A stretch of 55,601 nucleotides of DNA, filler included, from Basidioascus undulatus (Eukaryota), in assembly GCA_000826855.1 (NCBI GenBank). It is 4 parts of 4 records of this genome, joined end to end, with 100 filler letters (N's around TTAATTAATTAA, not from the genome) between each part and the next. Parts side by side here need not be neighbours in the genome. Positions count along the whole stretch, not along the records: positions 13,938 to 27,773 come from JTLS01000783.1; positions 27,874 to 41,692 come from JTLS01000784.1; 2 more parts are not named here. One strand, written 5' to 3'. Positions within the stretch are counted from its first letter, which is position 1, and each line of letters begins with the position of its first letter. Under the pieces are notes generated by a model. That model searched no databases and had not been told where the DNA came from. It was given only the letters and a program-made list of their open reading frames with translations. Below, one piece after another: positions 23,930 to 36,902 of the stretch. The position numbers and the translations under genes are program-made.

Positions 23930-25132
23930 TTGGGAGGAAATGGTGATGATGGTGGGGAAGACGAAGGCACCCTGCGCCGGGAGCTGGAGGAGGACGCGTC
24001 GGGCAGTTGCGAGTGTGAGGCGAAGCCAGCGAGTGCCAAAGAAATGTTTCCTGACTGCCTCCAACTACACAGACTTTCAGTATCATCGATTTAACACATA
24101 TCCGAATGCTCTGCATCGCATTCTTGCCACAAAAACATGTACGAGCCCACTAGTATTGTGTTTAGACTGCCGGCAGCCTCGACACCGAGGCCCAGCAAGA
24201 ACTCTATCGCGACTCATCTTCAGTATGCAGACCTCATGTGCGACGCGTACAGTACAGTCTCACGCAGGTCACCGCACTGCAGGCAGTGTCAGTTCAACAC
24301 CTGAACAAGATTCCGTAAAGTGTAAAAAGACTGAAGTCAAGCTGAGATGGCCAATCGAGCCACCTGAGGTAGCCTCAGTCGCTTCCGAAGCTCGTCAATA
24401 GACGCCGGCGGAAGTTTGCCTGAGCCTGTCTGCCGACTTCCGAGTCTACTGGGACCTGGTTAGTGGCTTTTGCCCGAACTTGCACAGTACCAGTACAAAG
24501 GGTGGCCAAGCGCTAGCTGAGCTGCTTGAAAATGTCTTGTTCATTTTTAAGAATCGCGATGCTTTCGATTCAGCTGGGCAGGCCGCGGTATTTACTCTTC
24601 AAAGCCATTTTTCCCCATGGCTTCTGTCCGAGACTTTTTCACTCTGGTGGCGCGTTGTCGTCCATTTCGGATTTCTTCATGAGCGCCGTGAGACGCGGGC
24701 CGCCAGGAAGGGACGGGTCTGTTGATCGGCTAAGATGCTGCAGCGGCTTGCTGTACACCAAGCCTGCTGTGGAGGCGGCCAACTGCTACATTCAAGGTTG
24801 GCATGCAAAAGTCGAGTGCAATTGCCGTCTGCCAGCTGCTGTGTCTAGCCTGGACCCCTTCCCTCCCCCCGGACGCAGCTCCCAAAGACGACGTAAAAAG
24901 ACGCACATGTGGATGGATACCGCTGGATGGATACTGCTGTAGTAGAGCGCTGCCTACTGGAGGACTTTGTCGACCCGTATTCAGTGATGGCTGGATTACG
25001 AAAGATTAGCAAAGACGTCTTGCTTAGAAGAACAATGTGAGTGTGACTCCTCACTGGTCACACAGGAGGCGAAGAATCTCTCCCAAGGACACTTATCCGC
25101 AGTGCACTTCTTGATCACTCGCACGCAAGCAA

Positions 25133-25969
25133 TCATATCGTTTCCTCTCCCACCTCCCCCATCTCCCCTCGATCTCCCCCAACAATCCTCTGCAGCCGCA
25201 TCCCCCATGCTAACCTACCCTCCCACCCTATCTCCCTCAACCCCCCACGCACCTCTGCCTCCCGCGTCCTCCTCCCCCATATACTCTCCTCATACACATC
25301 CTCCACATCCACGCGCTCCAATTCCGGGCACGCGCGAATCATGTCTAAAAGCACGCGCGGCGGGCAGTGCACCGCCTGTGCGAGCGTAAAGTGCTTGAGG
25401 AAGGGGGAGAGTGTGTGGGGGAGCTGGAGCAACTGGGAGGAGGGGATCTGCACGTGCGTGAGATGGAGGGTTGTGAGGTGTGGCCAGGAGGGGAGGTGCG
25501 CCAGGAGGGTTAGGAGAGAGGGCGTGATGAGCGAGAGGGAGAGGTTGTGCGGCGGGTCGGGAGATGTCCATGTGAAGCTTCGGGGACTGATACACCCCAG
25601 TGCGCGCCCGAGCCCACCCGCATCTTCCCCCCGCAATGAGAAGAGACACCACTCGACTTCCTCCACCTCCGTACAACGCCGGAGGAGACCCTCCATCGCG
25701 CCCCACACGCTGCCGACCCCCCCGCCGAGGTGGATGCGCAGCACCCGCACGCGCTCGGCGGGGCCGGACGTTTGGGAGAGGGCGTGGAGCGCGCGCAGGG
25801 AGCGGAGGGGGGGCGGGTGCTTGTAGAGGGGGCGGTGGAGGAGCAAGTGCGTGCGGGGGTGGATGAGGAGGAGCGTGAGGGCCGGGGAGGGGGACGGCGG
25901 TAGGAGGGAGGAGTGGAGGATGGGGAGGAGCAGCTCGGGGGGGAGGGAAAGGAGTAGGGAGGTGGACAT
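25133..25969 (-). CDS. Hypothetical protein with F-box-like N-terminus
   Basis: 278-aa single ORF starting LLSLPPELLLPIL, followed by LRR-like segments (WPHLTTLHL, CPELERVDV). Confidence 0.7.
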   Translation of the reverse strand: MSTSLLLSLPPELLLPILHSSLLPPSPSPALTLLLIHPRTHLLLHRPLYKHPPPLRSLRALHALSQTSGPAERVRVLRIHLGGGVGSVWGAMEGLLRRCTEVEEVEWCLFSLRGEDAGGLGRALGCISPRSFTWTSPDPPHNLSLSLITPSLLTLLAHLPSWPHLTTLHLTHVQIPSSQLLQLPHTLSPFLKHFTLAQAVHCPPRVLLDMIRACPELERVDVEDVYEESIWGRRTREAEVRGGLREIGWEGRLAWGMRLQRIVGGDRGEMGEVGEETI

Positions 25970-26319
25970 GCGGGTTCGGTTGGGGTTAATGGGTTAATGT
26001 TGGTATCGAGACGGGTTATGAAGGGTGACCGCCTGGAGGGGTGCATGAGCGCGATAAACGCCTGTGCCGAGCTCGATCGAGTGGGAGCATGGCGACTGAC
26101 CTGGCTGATGTGAAGTAGCCAGGAGGTATTGTATTAGTTGTTAGGAATAAATGTCAATCCGGGGTGAACGAGTATATGAAATGGGCGGTATCGAGCGAAG
26201 TAGGCAGGATGGTGAGCGTGCGAAGGGTAAGGGGCGATCCACGCGCCTTCTCTCTCGCTTGACTCTCAACCACCATCACGCCCCTCCCTCTCCTCCTCCT
26301 CCCCCCGCCGCGGCCCCTC

Positions 26320-27773
26320 ATGGCGACCTCCCGCGACGTGCGCGACGTGCTCTCCCTTCCCAGCGCGGGCTCCTCCTCCACCCCTACCCCCGCGCCCGGG
26401 GGGCACAAGCCGAAGCGGGGCAAGCCCCCCAAAGGCATGTCGCGCGAGCTCTTCGCGCTCATGGGCGACAACGCGCCGAGCCTCGTCGCCGCGCACGAGC
26501 GCGAGCAGCAGCGCTTCAAGAAGAAGCCAGTGCTCCGCACGCGCGCGGGGAAGTGGGAGTGGAGGGAGTTTGAGAATGGTGCGAGGAAGGACGGGCTGAG
26601 GCTGAGCCATTGGGTGAGGAAAGATGAGCGGGAGGAGGAGGGTGCGTGGGCGGCTTCCTTGTTCTTTCTTGGGTGTGTCTGGGTGGAGCGGCTGATGCTA
26701 CAGGGAGGGGATCGGAACAGGAGAGTACAGGTTCGCAAAGTTCAACACCGCCCCGCAGCCATACTCCTACTCCCAAGACGAATACGAGCGTCACCTGAAG
26801 GGTGCGTTCCGTCCTTCCCCTCCTTCCCCTGTCCACCACACAGTCTGACGCGTTACACCGCACCAGACGACGACTGGACGAAAGCCGAGACGGACTACCT
26901 GATCTCGCTCGTGCACGACTACAACGTCCGCTGGCCCGTCATCATCGACCGCTACGACTGGCTCGCGGTCGCCCCGCCCGGCGAGGTCGGCGCGGGGCGG
27001 GAGGAGCGGACGCTGGAGGTGCGTTTCCGTCTCCTTTCCTCTCTGGCCCCGTAAGCTGGGAGGAGAAAGCTGAGTGGGGGTGGGTGCGTGGGGTGCAGGA
27101 CCTCAAAGCGCGCTACTACTCCATCTGCCGGAAGCTCATCCGCACGCGCATCTCGTCCGACGAGTCAAACACTGCGCAGCTCATCCAGTCGTACCAGTTC
27201 GACAAAGGTCCGTCTCTCATCCCCCCTCTCCCTCTCCTCCCTCTCTCCTTTCTCCTTCCCTCCCCTTCCCCCGAGCTAAATTTATTTTCATCGCGATTCG
27301 TAGAGCGCGAGACGCTCCGCAAAGCGTACCTCTCCTCGCTCTTCTTTCGCACGCCGGAGCAGGTCGCGGAGGAAGAGGCGCTGTACGTCGAGGCGCGCCG
27401 GATGGAGGCGGACGAGAAGCGCTGGCGCGCTGAGAGGGAGGATGTCATTCGCACGCTGGGGCTGCAGGGGCGGCGCGCGACGGACGGCGCGGAGGACAAG
27501 GTACGCTCTTTTCTCCCCCTCCCTCTCCCTCTCCCTCTCCCTCTCCCCCTCCCCAACATTCTCCCTCCCCGTTTCCTGAAGAGTCGGTTTGTGGTTTGGA
27601 TGCTGATTGCGGTGCGGTGCGGTGTGGTGGGACCGACAGAAGAAGAAGAAGAGGGAAGACCGCGCAGAGCCGGGGCAGATCATGATCGGCTCGGACGGGG
27701 CGGAGCCCTCCTCCGCAGCATCCAAGAAATCCGCCAAATCCGCCTTGTTCGGTGTGTGCCCATCCCCTCCCTC
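26320..27773 (+). CDS. SWC4: Swc4/Eaf2/DMAP1 (3' end lost in gap)
   Basis: GMSRELFALMGDNAPSL, WEWREFENGARKDGLRLSHWV, DWTKAETDYL...RWPVIIDRYDW, RTLEDLKARYYSICRKL, RTPEQVAEEEALYVE. Confidence 0.95.
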
Positions 27774-27873
27774 NNNNNNNNNNNNNNNNNNNNNNNNNNN
27801 NNNNNNNNNNNNNNNNNTTAATTAATTAANNNNNNNNNNNNNNNNNNNNNNNNNNNNNNNNNNNNNNNNNNNN
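27774..27873. other. Artificial contig linker
   Basis: N44-TTAATTAATTAA-N44. Confidence 0.97.
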
Positions 27874-30764
27874 CGTTTGGTGTTAGCTTGAACAGAGGAC
27901 GGGGCCGGAAGGCTCATCCCTGCTCGCGCTCGCATGGAACAGGCCCCGCCGGCACCTTCAGGTGCATTCGCTCATCCTCCACCTCCTCCGGCTCCGACCT
28001 CGGGCTCCGCACCCGCACTGGCCCAGCCGCCTCCTTCAGCTGCGACAGACGTCCCTCTGGACGGGTATGCCGACCCGAGCACGACGGTCGACGACTTCAT
28101 GCTTATGCGCATTCGCAACATGCTTTCCGTGCGTCTGGCTTCCTTTCCCTAACATTAATCGCCGAGGGCTCAAGAAGAATCGGAGACTGAACCGCGACGT
28201 TGGGGTACCAGTCCATCCCCGACCTCGACACCCACCCGCTCTATACCACTTCAACCATGTCCGACGCGCTCCGGCTGTATTGGCGGTTCTTCCATTCGCG
28301 ATGGCCCATCATCGTACGTCCCTTCCCCTTTCACAGCAGGGCTTCTACGCCTTGCTACTCTCGGCTTACCTGACATTGCTGACGGTGATTGCAGCACCGT
28401 CCAACATTTAACGCGACCCTCGCGCCTCTCACGCTCGTCGCGCTGATGTGTGTTGTCGGTGAGTCGGCAAATCGCCGCACAGGGAAAGGAAGGTGGAGCA
28501 CGACGCTGAACAGAGAGGGAGATGGCAGGCTTGCACTACAACCCCCTCAGCGAGCACGACCGCTGCGTCGCGATCGCGCAGCGTCTGCGGGGGCTCCTTC
28601 TAGCTGTGCGCGCTCCCACTTCCCCTCTCCTCCTATCTCCTCCCCCATCTCCTTTTCGCTCGACTAATTCCCGAGATGGCCCATCCATCCGCAGTCGGAC
28701 GACTTCAAGCCCCGCGTCTCCGTAACGGACATGCAGACGCTCGTCCTCGCGGGCATCTACTCCCAGTTCATGGGCAACCTCGAAAGCCATGACCTCTCGG
28801 CGGCATGGTGCGGGTTCGAGCAGACGCTCGCACGGCGGAACTCGCTGTTCACGGGGTGGAGGCATCCGGTGCGTCTTCTTGTCGTGAAATGAGCAGAGGT
28901 GTGCGGGGACCTGACCTGGGAAGGGCGGCAGAATCAACCAGCGGAGGGCGATTTGGAGGGCCGGTGGAAGGCGTGGGCGGACGAGGAGGTCATGCGGCGG
29001 TATATCGGTTTCCTTGTGCTCACTGACGCTACTGGTGTGGCTTTTGGAGCTGATCTTGAGTGGTTTGTTCGTTGGTTCAGAATAGCGTTCTGCATCTTCA
29101 TGCGCGAAACCGAGTACGCCTCGCTCTGCCGGCAGCTGCCCACGCGCGCGCTGTCCGCGTTCCACATTCCCATATCGCTCCCGTGCGACGAGTACTTTTT
29201 CGGTCTGCCCACTGCGGTGCGTTGCTCCCTTTCCTACTCCTCATCCTCATCCTCATCCTCATCCTCCTCTCCGATTTCCGCTAACGCCCGGAATGTGGTG
29301 GCGCACGGACAGGAGCTCTGGACGACCGCCGCGCCAAGCATCGTCCCCGTCCAGTTCCCGCCCGCACTCAAGAAAGCGTTCCAGGGCGAGCGGCCATCCC
29401 CCGGCCCTGAACAGGATATCAATATCTTCAGCGAGAGCATCATTTTGCATGGACTCATGAGCAGTGCGTTGGCGTTCCTGTTCCGCGTACGTGCCAGGCT
29501 GAAAAGAGCGCGCAGTCTCATGGGACATGCAGTGGCGCGGGACGATGGGCGTTGTTTCCCAGGAGAGCGGCGTGGCGAATTGGAGGAGATGTGAGTGCTT
29601 GGTGTGTGCTTTGCGAGGGGTTCGGCAGCTGGTGGCTGACTTGCGTTGACGTACTTCTGCGTAGATCTGCAAAACGCTTACGACGTACGCTTGCTTTACT
29701 CTCCGATGCACACAATGGACTTACTAAACGCTTTGTTTACCCGCAGGCGTGGATGAACCGCCTCACGAAGCGTGCGGTCGCCCCCGATTGCCCGCAGCTG
29801 CACGCCGCGTGCGACTTCCACAGTCTGGCGCAGATGGAATCTCTGACGGACATGTGCGTGTTCTCCCCGACTCACTATCTTATTCGACGGGGTATTATGT
29901 ATGAGCTACGTGCTCACTCGTCAATCCGGCACAGCATCGCTCTTCAAGTCTTCGCCGGCATGCCCGTCGTCGGGAATCAGCGCATCACGCCCGCCGAAGC
30001 AGAAGCCTCGGAGCGCCTCATCCGCGCATGGGCGAGCTCGTCGGACGGCTGCCGCGCGGCATGGCACGCCGCCGCGTACCTTCACGGCGTGCTCGAGTAC
30101 GTGCTGCGCGCGGGCTCCCAGCGCGACCCGCGGAACGTCAGCTCCCACTTTGAGCTCACGATCCATCTGGCTGCGGTGAGTGGTGCATTCGAACGCTCTT
30201 TCAGTTGTGCTGATGAAACTGATGAGACTGATGTGCTTTGTATGGGCTTGATTTGCAGCTCTCGCTTTGGGCGTACACGTTCTGTCTCTCTGGCGCACGG
30301 CGTGCACCGCCTCCTCCGTTGACTCGGAGTGTCATCGCGCCCGGAACGGAGCTGCAGAACTTAGCTGTATGTCTCTCCTCTTTCTCCTTCGATACATCCT
30401 CATGCCCCTCGCGCGGTCCTGACACACCCTTCTCATGCTGTGTAGGATGCGATTGCCGCTACCGAACGCATCCTAGTCTTCACCTCACTCTCCACCACGA
30501 GCGACCCGTCAAGCGTAGGGACGTTGACCTGCCGGGAGGGCATCGCGACGTTCCCGGCGGTCATCCAGCTCATGCGCCGGAGTCGTTGGGAGACAAGTAA
30601 GCCCATCTGTTCAGCCGTGCGACTACAAGATAAGCTGACAAGGGGATGTCTCAATAGTCCATTCTTTCATTGCTCTTCTCGAACAGCTCGCCGGCATCCC
30701 GCACGACGGCGATAGCCTCGGCACCGGCGCGCTCAGGTACGGCACGCTCGGGCTCGCCTGTTGA
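27874..30764 (+). CDS. Fungal-specific transcription factor domain protein (5' DNA-binding part not in window)
   Basis: LRLYWRFFHSRWPIIHRPTF, WKAWADEEVMRRIAFCIF, ISLPCDEYFF, WASSSDGCRAAWHAAAYL; spliced to TGA 30762-30764. Confidence 0.8.
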
Positions 30765-31345
30765 TCACGTTGGGTTTGTTTTCAGCTTCATTCAACACAT
30801 CTTGTATGGATCCCTATATTCTTTTTCCGCGCCTTGATTTTGAACACATACGATACCCTCATCATTTTCGACGCATTCATTCGCATTCTTGAGCAACTTT
30901 TTCGACACGCTGATCTTGCCCGCTCCCATGGAGTCTCTTCTTATTTGGGCTGTCGAATGCGGCAGTGGCGACAACTGGCTTTGTGGAACCACCTGAAGAA
31001 GTGCCAGAAGTGCCAGACGGAGCCACTTGCTTGTGCTTCATCTGATCGAAGGGATAAGATTTTTGATTTGTCTAGTTCGAGATGAAAGGAAGCCTAAACA
31101 AGTGGTCGGATGGTGCCGCGGTAATCGCGCTTTCTGTCATTTCCGAGCGTTCTCTTCAAGTGCTGAATCATACACCGCATCGAGAGGTTCCACACCCTGT
31201 ACACGGTTGCCGGTATGCGAGGCCCGGTTGGACTTGCGCGTCCTTTCCAATGCACACACTGAGCGACATGACATAAATCGTGCAAAGCATTCAACCCATA
31301 CACCCAAATAGACACTACATCATGATGAACGCCCAGTGCTCCACC

Positions 31346-34300
31346 TCAGCCGCAGAAAGCGTAGCCCGGGCAACCGACAGCCGAGCCATCTGTGGAAGAG
31401 CGGAAGACGTACCCATCAGTGCGGGAGTCAATATTTCACAGAAGATATAAAACGCACACTTAGATCCGTCGACCTCGAGGACGGCCAGCAAGGCGTTGAC
31501 GACACCGCCCATGCCCCTGCAGAATGTGCACTCAAGGTCAGTCCAGGCTTCGACTTGAACGGCTAAAGCAATGGGCACGCACTCTCCAGCGATCAAGCCG
31601 GCGGCCAGCGCAAATCCGAACCTGTTCCATAAAAGGTGAGCATCCTACACCTTCTAGCAGGCGAATGAGAACTAACATTTCGAAGCTCTTCGGGGCCCGC
31701 CATTGCCAGATCCACGCAGTGGAGGAGCCCGCCACCATCGCGATGGCGTAGTAGCATCCCGGGACGACAAAAGCGAGACCAACACTGTACACCAGCCAAA
31801 AAGAGTCAGCAGCGGGCGACGACAGCCGCGTTGGGAGCAGTAAACACACCTGTTCCAGTTCGGCATGTACTGTTGGTACTTCTTCGGAACAAAGAAATGC
31901 CTGATGTAGACCTTTTCAGGGAGTGTATGTATTAGTCAAGTGAAAGAGCGCAGCGCTGAAGAGGGTTCTCTTACCGAAGCGAAAGCGAGCACGCCGAACA
32001 TGATCGCCGTCACACCGCACGCAGTGGAAATTGGCAGCGACTTCTCGGTGACTGCTGTGGCGACCGCGACCCACGCGCCGATAGACGGCTGGAGAGTACA
32101 AAAGGTTAGCGAGGATCTCCGCGCAGGGAGTTATCAAGGTTCTCGCACAGCTCCGAAAGCGCAGCTGTCATTGTTTGGTTCAAGGATGCAGGGATCTAAA
32201 GTGGGCGTCAGAAGGAAAATTTTGCCCGCGTTGAAAATGGGGAGGCTTACAGGCCGAAGTAAAGAGGCAGAAAAGCCCAACGGAAAGGAAGATGGACACG
32301 ACGGCGCCGAGACATTGAGCCCAAAACTGGTGCTTCGGTTTGGCTCCCAACAGATGGCCGGTCTTCAAGTCGCCTGAAAAAAAATTTTGACACGGGTAAG
32401 GTTGCTTTCGTGAAAATCCACGTACTAGTCATGTCGCCAGCTTGCGCCGCTGCGGCAGCCGCGATGTTACCAGCGAGGAGGTTCTGGAGCAGGGCGGCAT
32501 CACCGTAAAGGCCTTGGCCTTTGGTCGCTCCCCCAACAATGAGTTGGGTGGCCTATAAGTTACAGTATGGGCGGTCTAAAGCTCAGTGGAACAACACAAG
32601 GCAGGCTGGTAGCTACGCACCTTTGCAGAGGTCGAGACTGGGTTAACCTATAAAGAAGGAGTTCGTCAGCGTTTCCAATTGTTGCATATGTGGGTCAGGC
32701 CTACATCCGTGGCACCGAGCGCTTGCACTGTCGAAGCGGCATGGATCAGTAATTGGTGGTACTTCATGATACTTCGCTCACTGACCGCCCATGAAGCTCA
32801 AGATGAATCCGAGAATGATGCTGAGGATGATGTTGCCGACGTTCATGTCTGTGAGACAAAACACGATAGATCAGCTTGTCGCACTTCCCACAGCTGTCGT
32901 AGTTGCGCAAAAGTGCGTACCGAATTGAATGTGAAGCACCACGATGGAGACCACGATTGACGCAACGACACCCACGACCCACTGCCACGTCGAGACGCGG
33001 TCTTCGGGGGCCGCTGCGTGTGTGTTTGTGTGTGTGTTAGACAGCGAAGCGGAAACAAATCGCTTGCTCCACTAACCTGGGTCGTGCAACATCTCTTCGC
33101 GCTCTTCGACGGTGCCGTCGTCGTGGACCTGTTGGGAGCGCCACTTTGAAATGATGTGCCGCGTTACAAGGCGAAGTCCGCGATAAACAGATGGAACTGT
33201 CAACGAGATCTCTGAATACACAATTTAGCGTCAGACTTTGCTACAATGGGAGACTTGGTCGGAATATGGCGCACCGGCGAAGGAGTACGCGACCCTGATG
33301 TCCCGACATTCTGCGGTGGTCAACGACAAGTCTCCAAGAATTAAGATTGTCTCATGCACGCACATGAGCATCACACCTGGCCACAGTAGCCAGTACCTGA
33401 ACCGGAAATTGTCAGCTCCCGTGAGTAGCAGATGTCGAAAAGCAAACAACATACCTAGGCGAAGGCGCGTTGACGGGGTCTTTCGAGCTCATAGAGAAGA
33501 AAGACCAGATGCGGGGATCGTCCTCGTCCTGGATTCCGACAGCCTGCTTGGTGTGGACGAGCAAAGGTCCCATCTGCGGCGAACGTGTGAGCGGAGCTGA
33601 CTTGAACGGTCTCTTCAAGACTTTGACGTACCACGCCCCAAGCGAGGAATGCCCCTCCGAAAAACGAGTAGCTGGTACACCGAAATGCTCAGACTCTGAC
33701 ACTCTACAAAGAAAGAAGGAATAGAGACGCACCTTGCATTGATGCCCGAGAGGATGCCGGCCCCAAAAAAGGCTGCAATCGCGCTTCAGCTGACGAGGAA
33801 CGACGAAAGGCTAAAAAAAGCATACCAGGTGTGAACTCAATGATCCAGCCCCAGGCGTCAATTCGCGCAGCATCTGAAGATCGCGTTGGAAATAGTCAGA
33901 TGCCAATGTCAGCAGTGGGAGAAATGAGCTATTGGAGCTTACAGTCAGCGCCGACTGCGGCGAGGTACCAGAAAATGTGGAAGTCCCAAAGCAGTCCAGG
34001 TGCCTGTGCAACGCGAACATTAAATTGTGCACTTTCAGGTAGGGATTATGACCTTCACTCACGTATCCCGAGACGACACGCAACGTAATGGCACCCAAGA
34101 AGGCGATGCCGAGGCAGGTTGCCTTAAGCTTCGCATCGCGGGCCCCGCTCGCTCCGCTCGAATGAAGGGAGCGGATAGTGTGTGCCGTGGCCGTCGGGGT
34201 TGGGAAAGTAAGCTTGAGAAGTAGGATGTAGCTATGACGGAGGAAGACGCGGAATCCCACAGATTGATCAGCCTTTACAACCCGCAGCAACACAACAACA

Positions 34301-35335
34301 GTGCCTTACTATTTGCGAAGAGGCAGCGAGAAGAAGACTCCGAAGAATGTGCTTCCAGAAAGGAAATTAACACGCATGGAACAAGAGTAATCGAGAACTC
34401 GGAATTTTACCAGGAGAGGGTGAAGGTGATGAGCCTACCGATGTCGTTCAACGGATTGAGGTTCTTGTCCATCAGGTTCAGCCGGTACATGGCGGGGATA
34501 CCGCTGACGAATACTGAGAGGCAAAATCAGGATTTGGCCGTTAACGCAGGCACCTGTCGTGGCTACTACGCACTGATACCCAATCCTCCAGCGGCAGTCG
34601 CGGCGGTTTGCACGGTAACATTTTCCTGCGGGGTCCCCAAACAATTCAGGACTGAAAACAGAGGCATGTTCAAGTTCCAAGCTTTACCTTCGGTCCAAAG
34701 TAGCCACCGCCCAACAGAGGCGGGAGCAACTTTGAAAGCGGTTTGATGATGGCGAACCCGAAGATGGCACCCTGCAGCCGACCCCTCCCATGAGCAGGCT
34801 GCTGTCCATACCTGAAAATGTGTTATCTCACGAAAAGGCAGGGAGAGAATGTGAATCCCGTCTTAAGGCCCAAGTAGATGTTGGAAGCGCCCACGACCGC
34901 TCCCAGAATCACACCCACCTGTGCGTGACTAAGATAATCAGCACAATACGCGAGTTTACCTGGAGGCAGAAACAATTCGTACGATGATCTGGAATTACGT
35001 AGGTGCGATCAGATACTAGCACGCGCAACCTTCTATCCGAGACTTTGACTCACAGCTCGGAAAGTGAAGGTGTTGACCTCCTCGGGAAGTCCCTCGATAG
35101 GCGGCAGCTGGTTGCCATCGTAGAGATCGCGAACCTCAGGGTCCTCGACTTGCACGGAGAACTCGCCGTCCAAGTTCGAGACGGCGAGCTCCGTCTTCTC
35201 ATCGGGAGTGGCAAGGGCAAGGTCCTTCTTTTCGTCGATGCTAGGCGTGTTGGCAGCGGACGCAGAGTCGTCGCCGCTCTGGCGGTTGAGTGGTTGATCG
35301 AGGATGGCCTCCTCAGGGCGCCCTGCAGAAGACAT
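31346..35335 (-). CDS. OPT superfamily (YSL-like) oligopeptide/metal-chelate transporter, 29 exons
   Basis: FTFRAIIVGVILGAVVGASNIYLGLKTG, FGPKENVTVQTAATAAGGL, KLTFPTPTATAHTIRSLH, GATDVNPVS, DMTSDLKTGHLLGAKP, AAGLIAGEGMGGVVNA; all introns GT-AG. Confidence 0.93.
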
Positions 35336-36902
35336 GGCGGCGTCCGAGGGTGTAGTTGCTGAGATGAAGAGGATGGAAGAGGGTGAAAGGGTGAGAAGGC
35401 CAGGCAATATCGCCGCCTGACTTTCATCGCTAGCATAAGTACGCCGCCATGCCCGTCCGCCGGGCAGCGGCAGCCAACAGGATGCGAAAACGGAACGATA
35501 AGACCGCCGACCACGCGGGTTTGGTTCAGGGCAGCTTTTCTTGCTCATTCGAGGCTTCGTACGACCGCATGGACTGCAGCGGCCCTGGCAAAAAAAAAGC
35601 ACGCCAACCCCCGCCACCCGTCGTTTCCTGCGCGTGGGAATACCTCAAGGCGCAGACTCCAGCTGTGCCTTGCGGGGCCCGTGTCAGTGAGAATGCGCAA
35701 CCGGTCCGCGTGCACCGGTGCAGCTTGCTTCATTGCCTCCGGTCCACCGCCGGCAGAGCCGGCGCGGTGATGTAACCTGCAAAACGTCAACTGCTCATAG
35801 CGAAGTGGAAATACCAAGTGTCGCGGATTGCGACAATCTTCCCGAATGAAAACAGGGAATACTGTCCCGGTTCCGAGACGGCGGTTCGAGGGAGAGCTTT
35901 GGAAAGCTTACAGTAGAATGCACTACCTGAAACAATTTTCACACAAGCGTATGCCTGCTGCTGTGTAGCCAGTTCCGAATGCTTCCCACGGCCCAGGAAT
36001 AGTTACTGCTTCCCACAAACAGGTACAGGTTCATAATACGCCCCCCGGATGGGCACGGATTGATGGCAGCGCACTGATGCTCATGAGCCTGGTGAAGGGC
36101 TAACCTGAACTGTGCATCGAGGAAAAGGCCTCACATACGCCTTCGTGCTAATTGCGAACGCGTAGGGATCTTATGGTAACATAGTCTGTATGATCTCTGA
36201 ATCGGTAGTCAATTTCTTGTGAAAGTCTGACATGCCCATGAACATTTGTGTGGCGGCTCCAGCCTCCATTGCAGTATTCTGAAGAGCCCATGATGCCTTC
36301 TGGGTTCTTGCGCAGCACGCGATAACGGATACAACCCAAAAGGCAATCAACTCAACCTGCTCAAGCTTCGTCATCGTGGTCTAACCACTCCCACACAAGT
36401 TAGTTGAGCAAGTTGAGTGCGCTGGCACAGGGAAGCAGAGTTCTGATTCACGGCCGCAAATCAGAGTTGCCGGCTGCTGGTTCCTGGAAGCCTGCCTCCG
36501 CCCTTGACGAGATCTACCAGGAGACCGCACACCGACACGAAGATACCTTGTTAGTATACGAAAGAGTGCTGCATGAGCGAGCCAGCAACCGAATCCTCTG
36601 GGGATGGTTCCACCTCCTGCAATGCCGAGGTATGCCGTCGGATTGCCACCCAAGGTGCCTATCGGAAGGGTCAGTTTGAGGCATGGTAACATATATACAA
36701 CGCATCTGGTTTTGACACGAGATAGAGCCTATCCTGCGCCGTTCGGTAACGCCGAGCTTGCGCCGCAGGCAGCATCGGCGCCGAGGGAAAACACCGAGGT
36801 TGAGGCGTTGATGCCTTCGCACTGCTTTCGCCGGTATATATTCGGCCTCCTCCCCCTTCTCACACCACCGCCCTAATCACATTTTACCTTCCTTCCAACT
36901 AT

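Noticed and set aside
27519..27553. (CTCCCT)n tract
   Set aside because: Ordinary intronic polypyrimidine microsatellite, common in this genome.
8065..27773. Apparent chromatin cluster of EAF3 + TAF8 + SWC4
   Set aside because: EAF3 is separated from the others by an artificial linker, so linkage is unproven. TAF8/SWC4 proximity alone is unremarkable.
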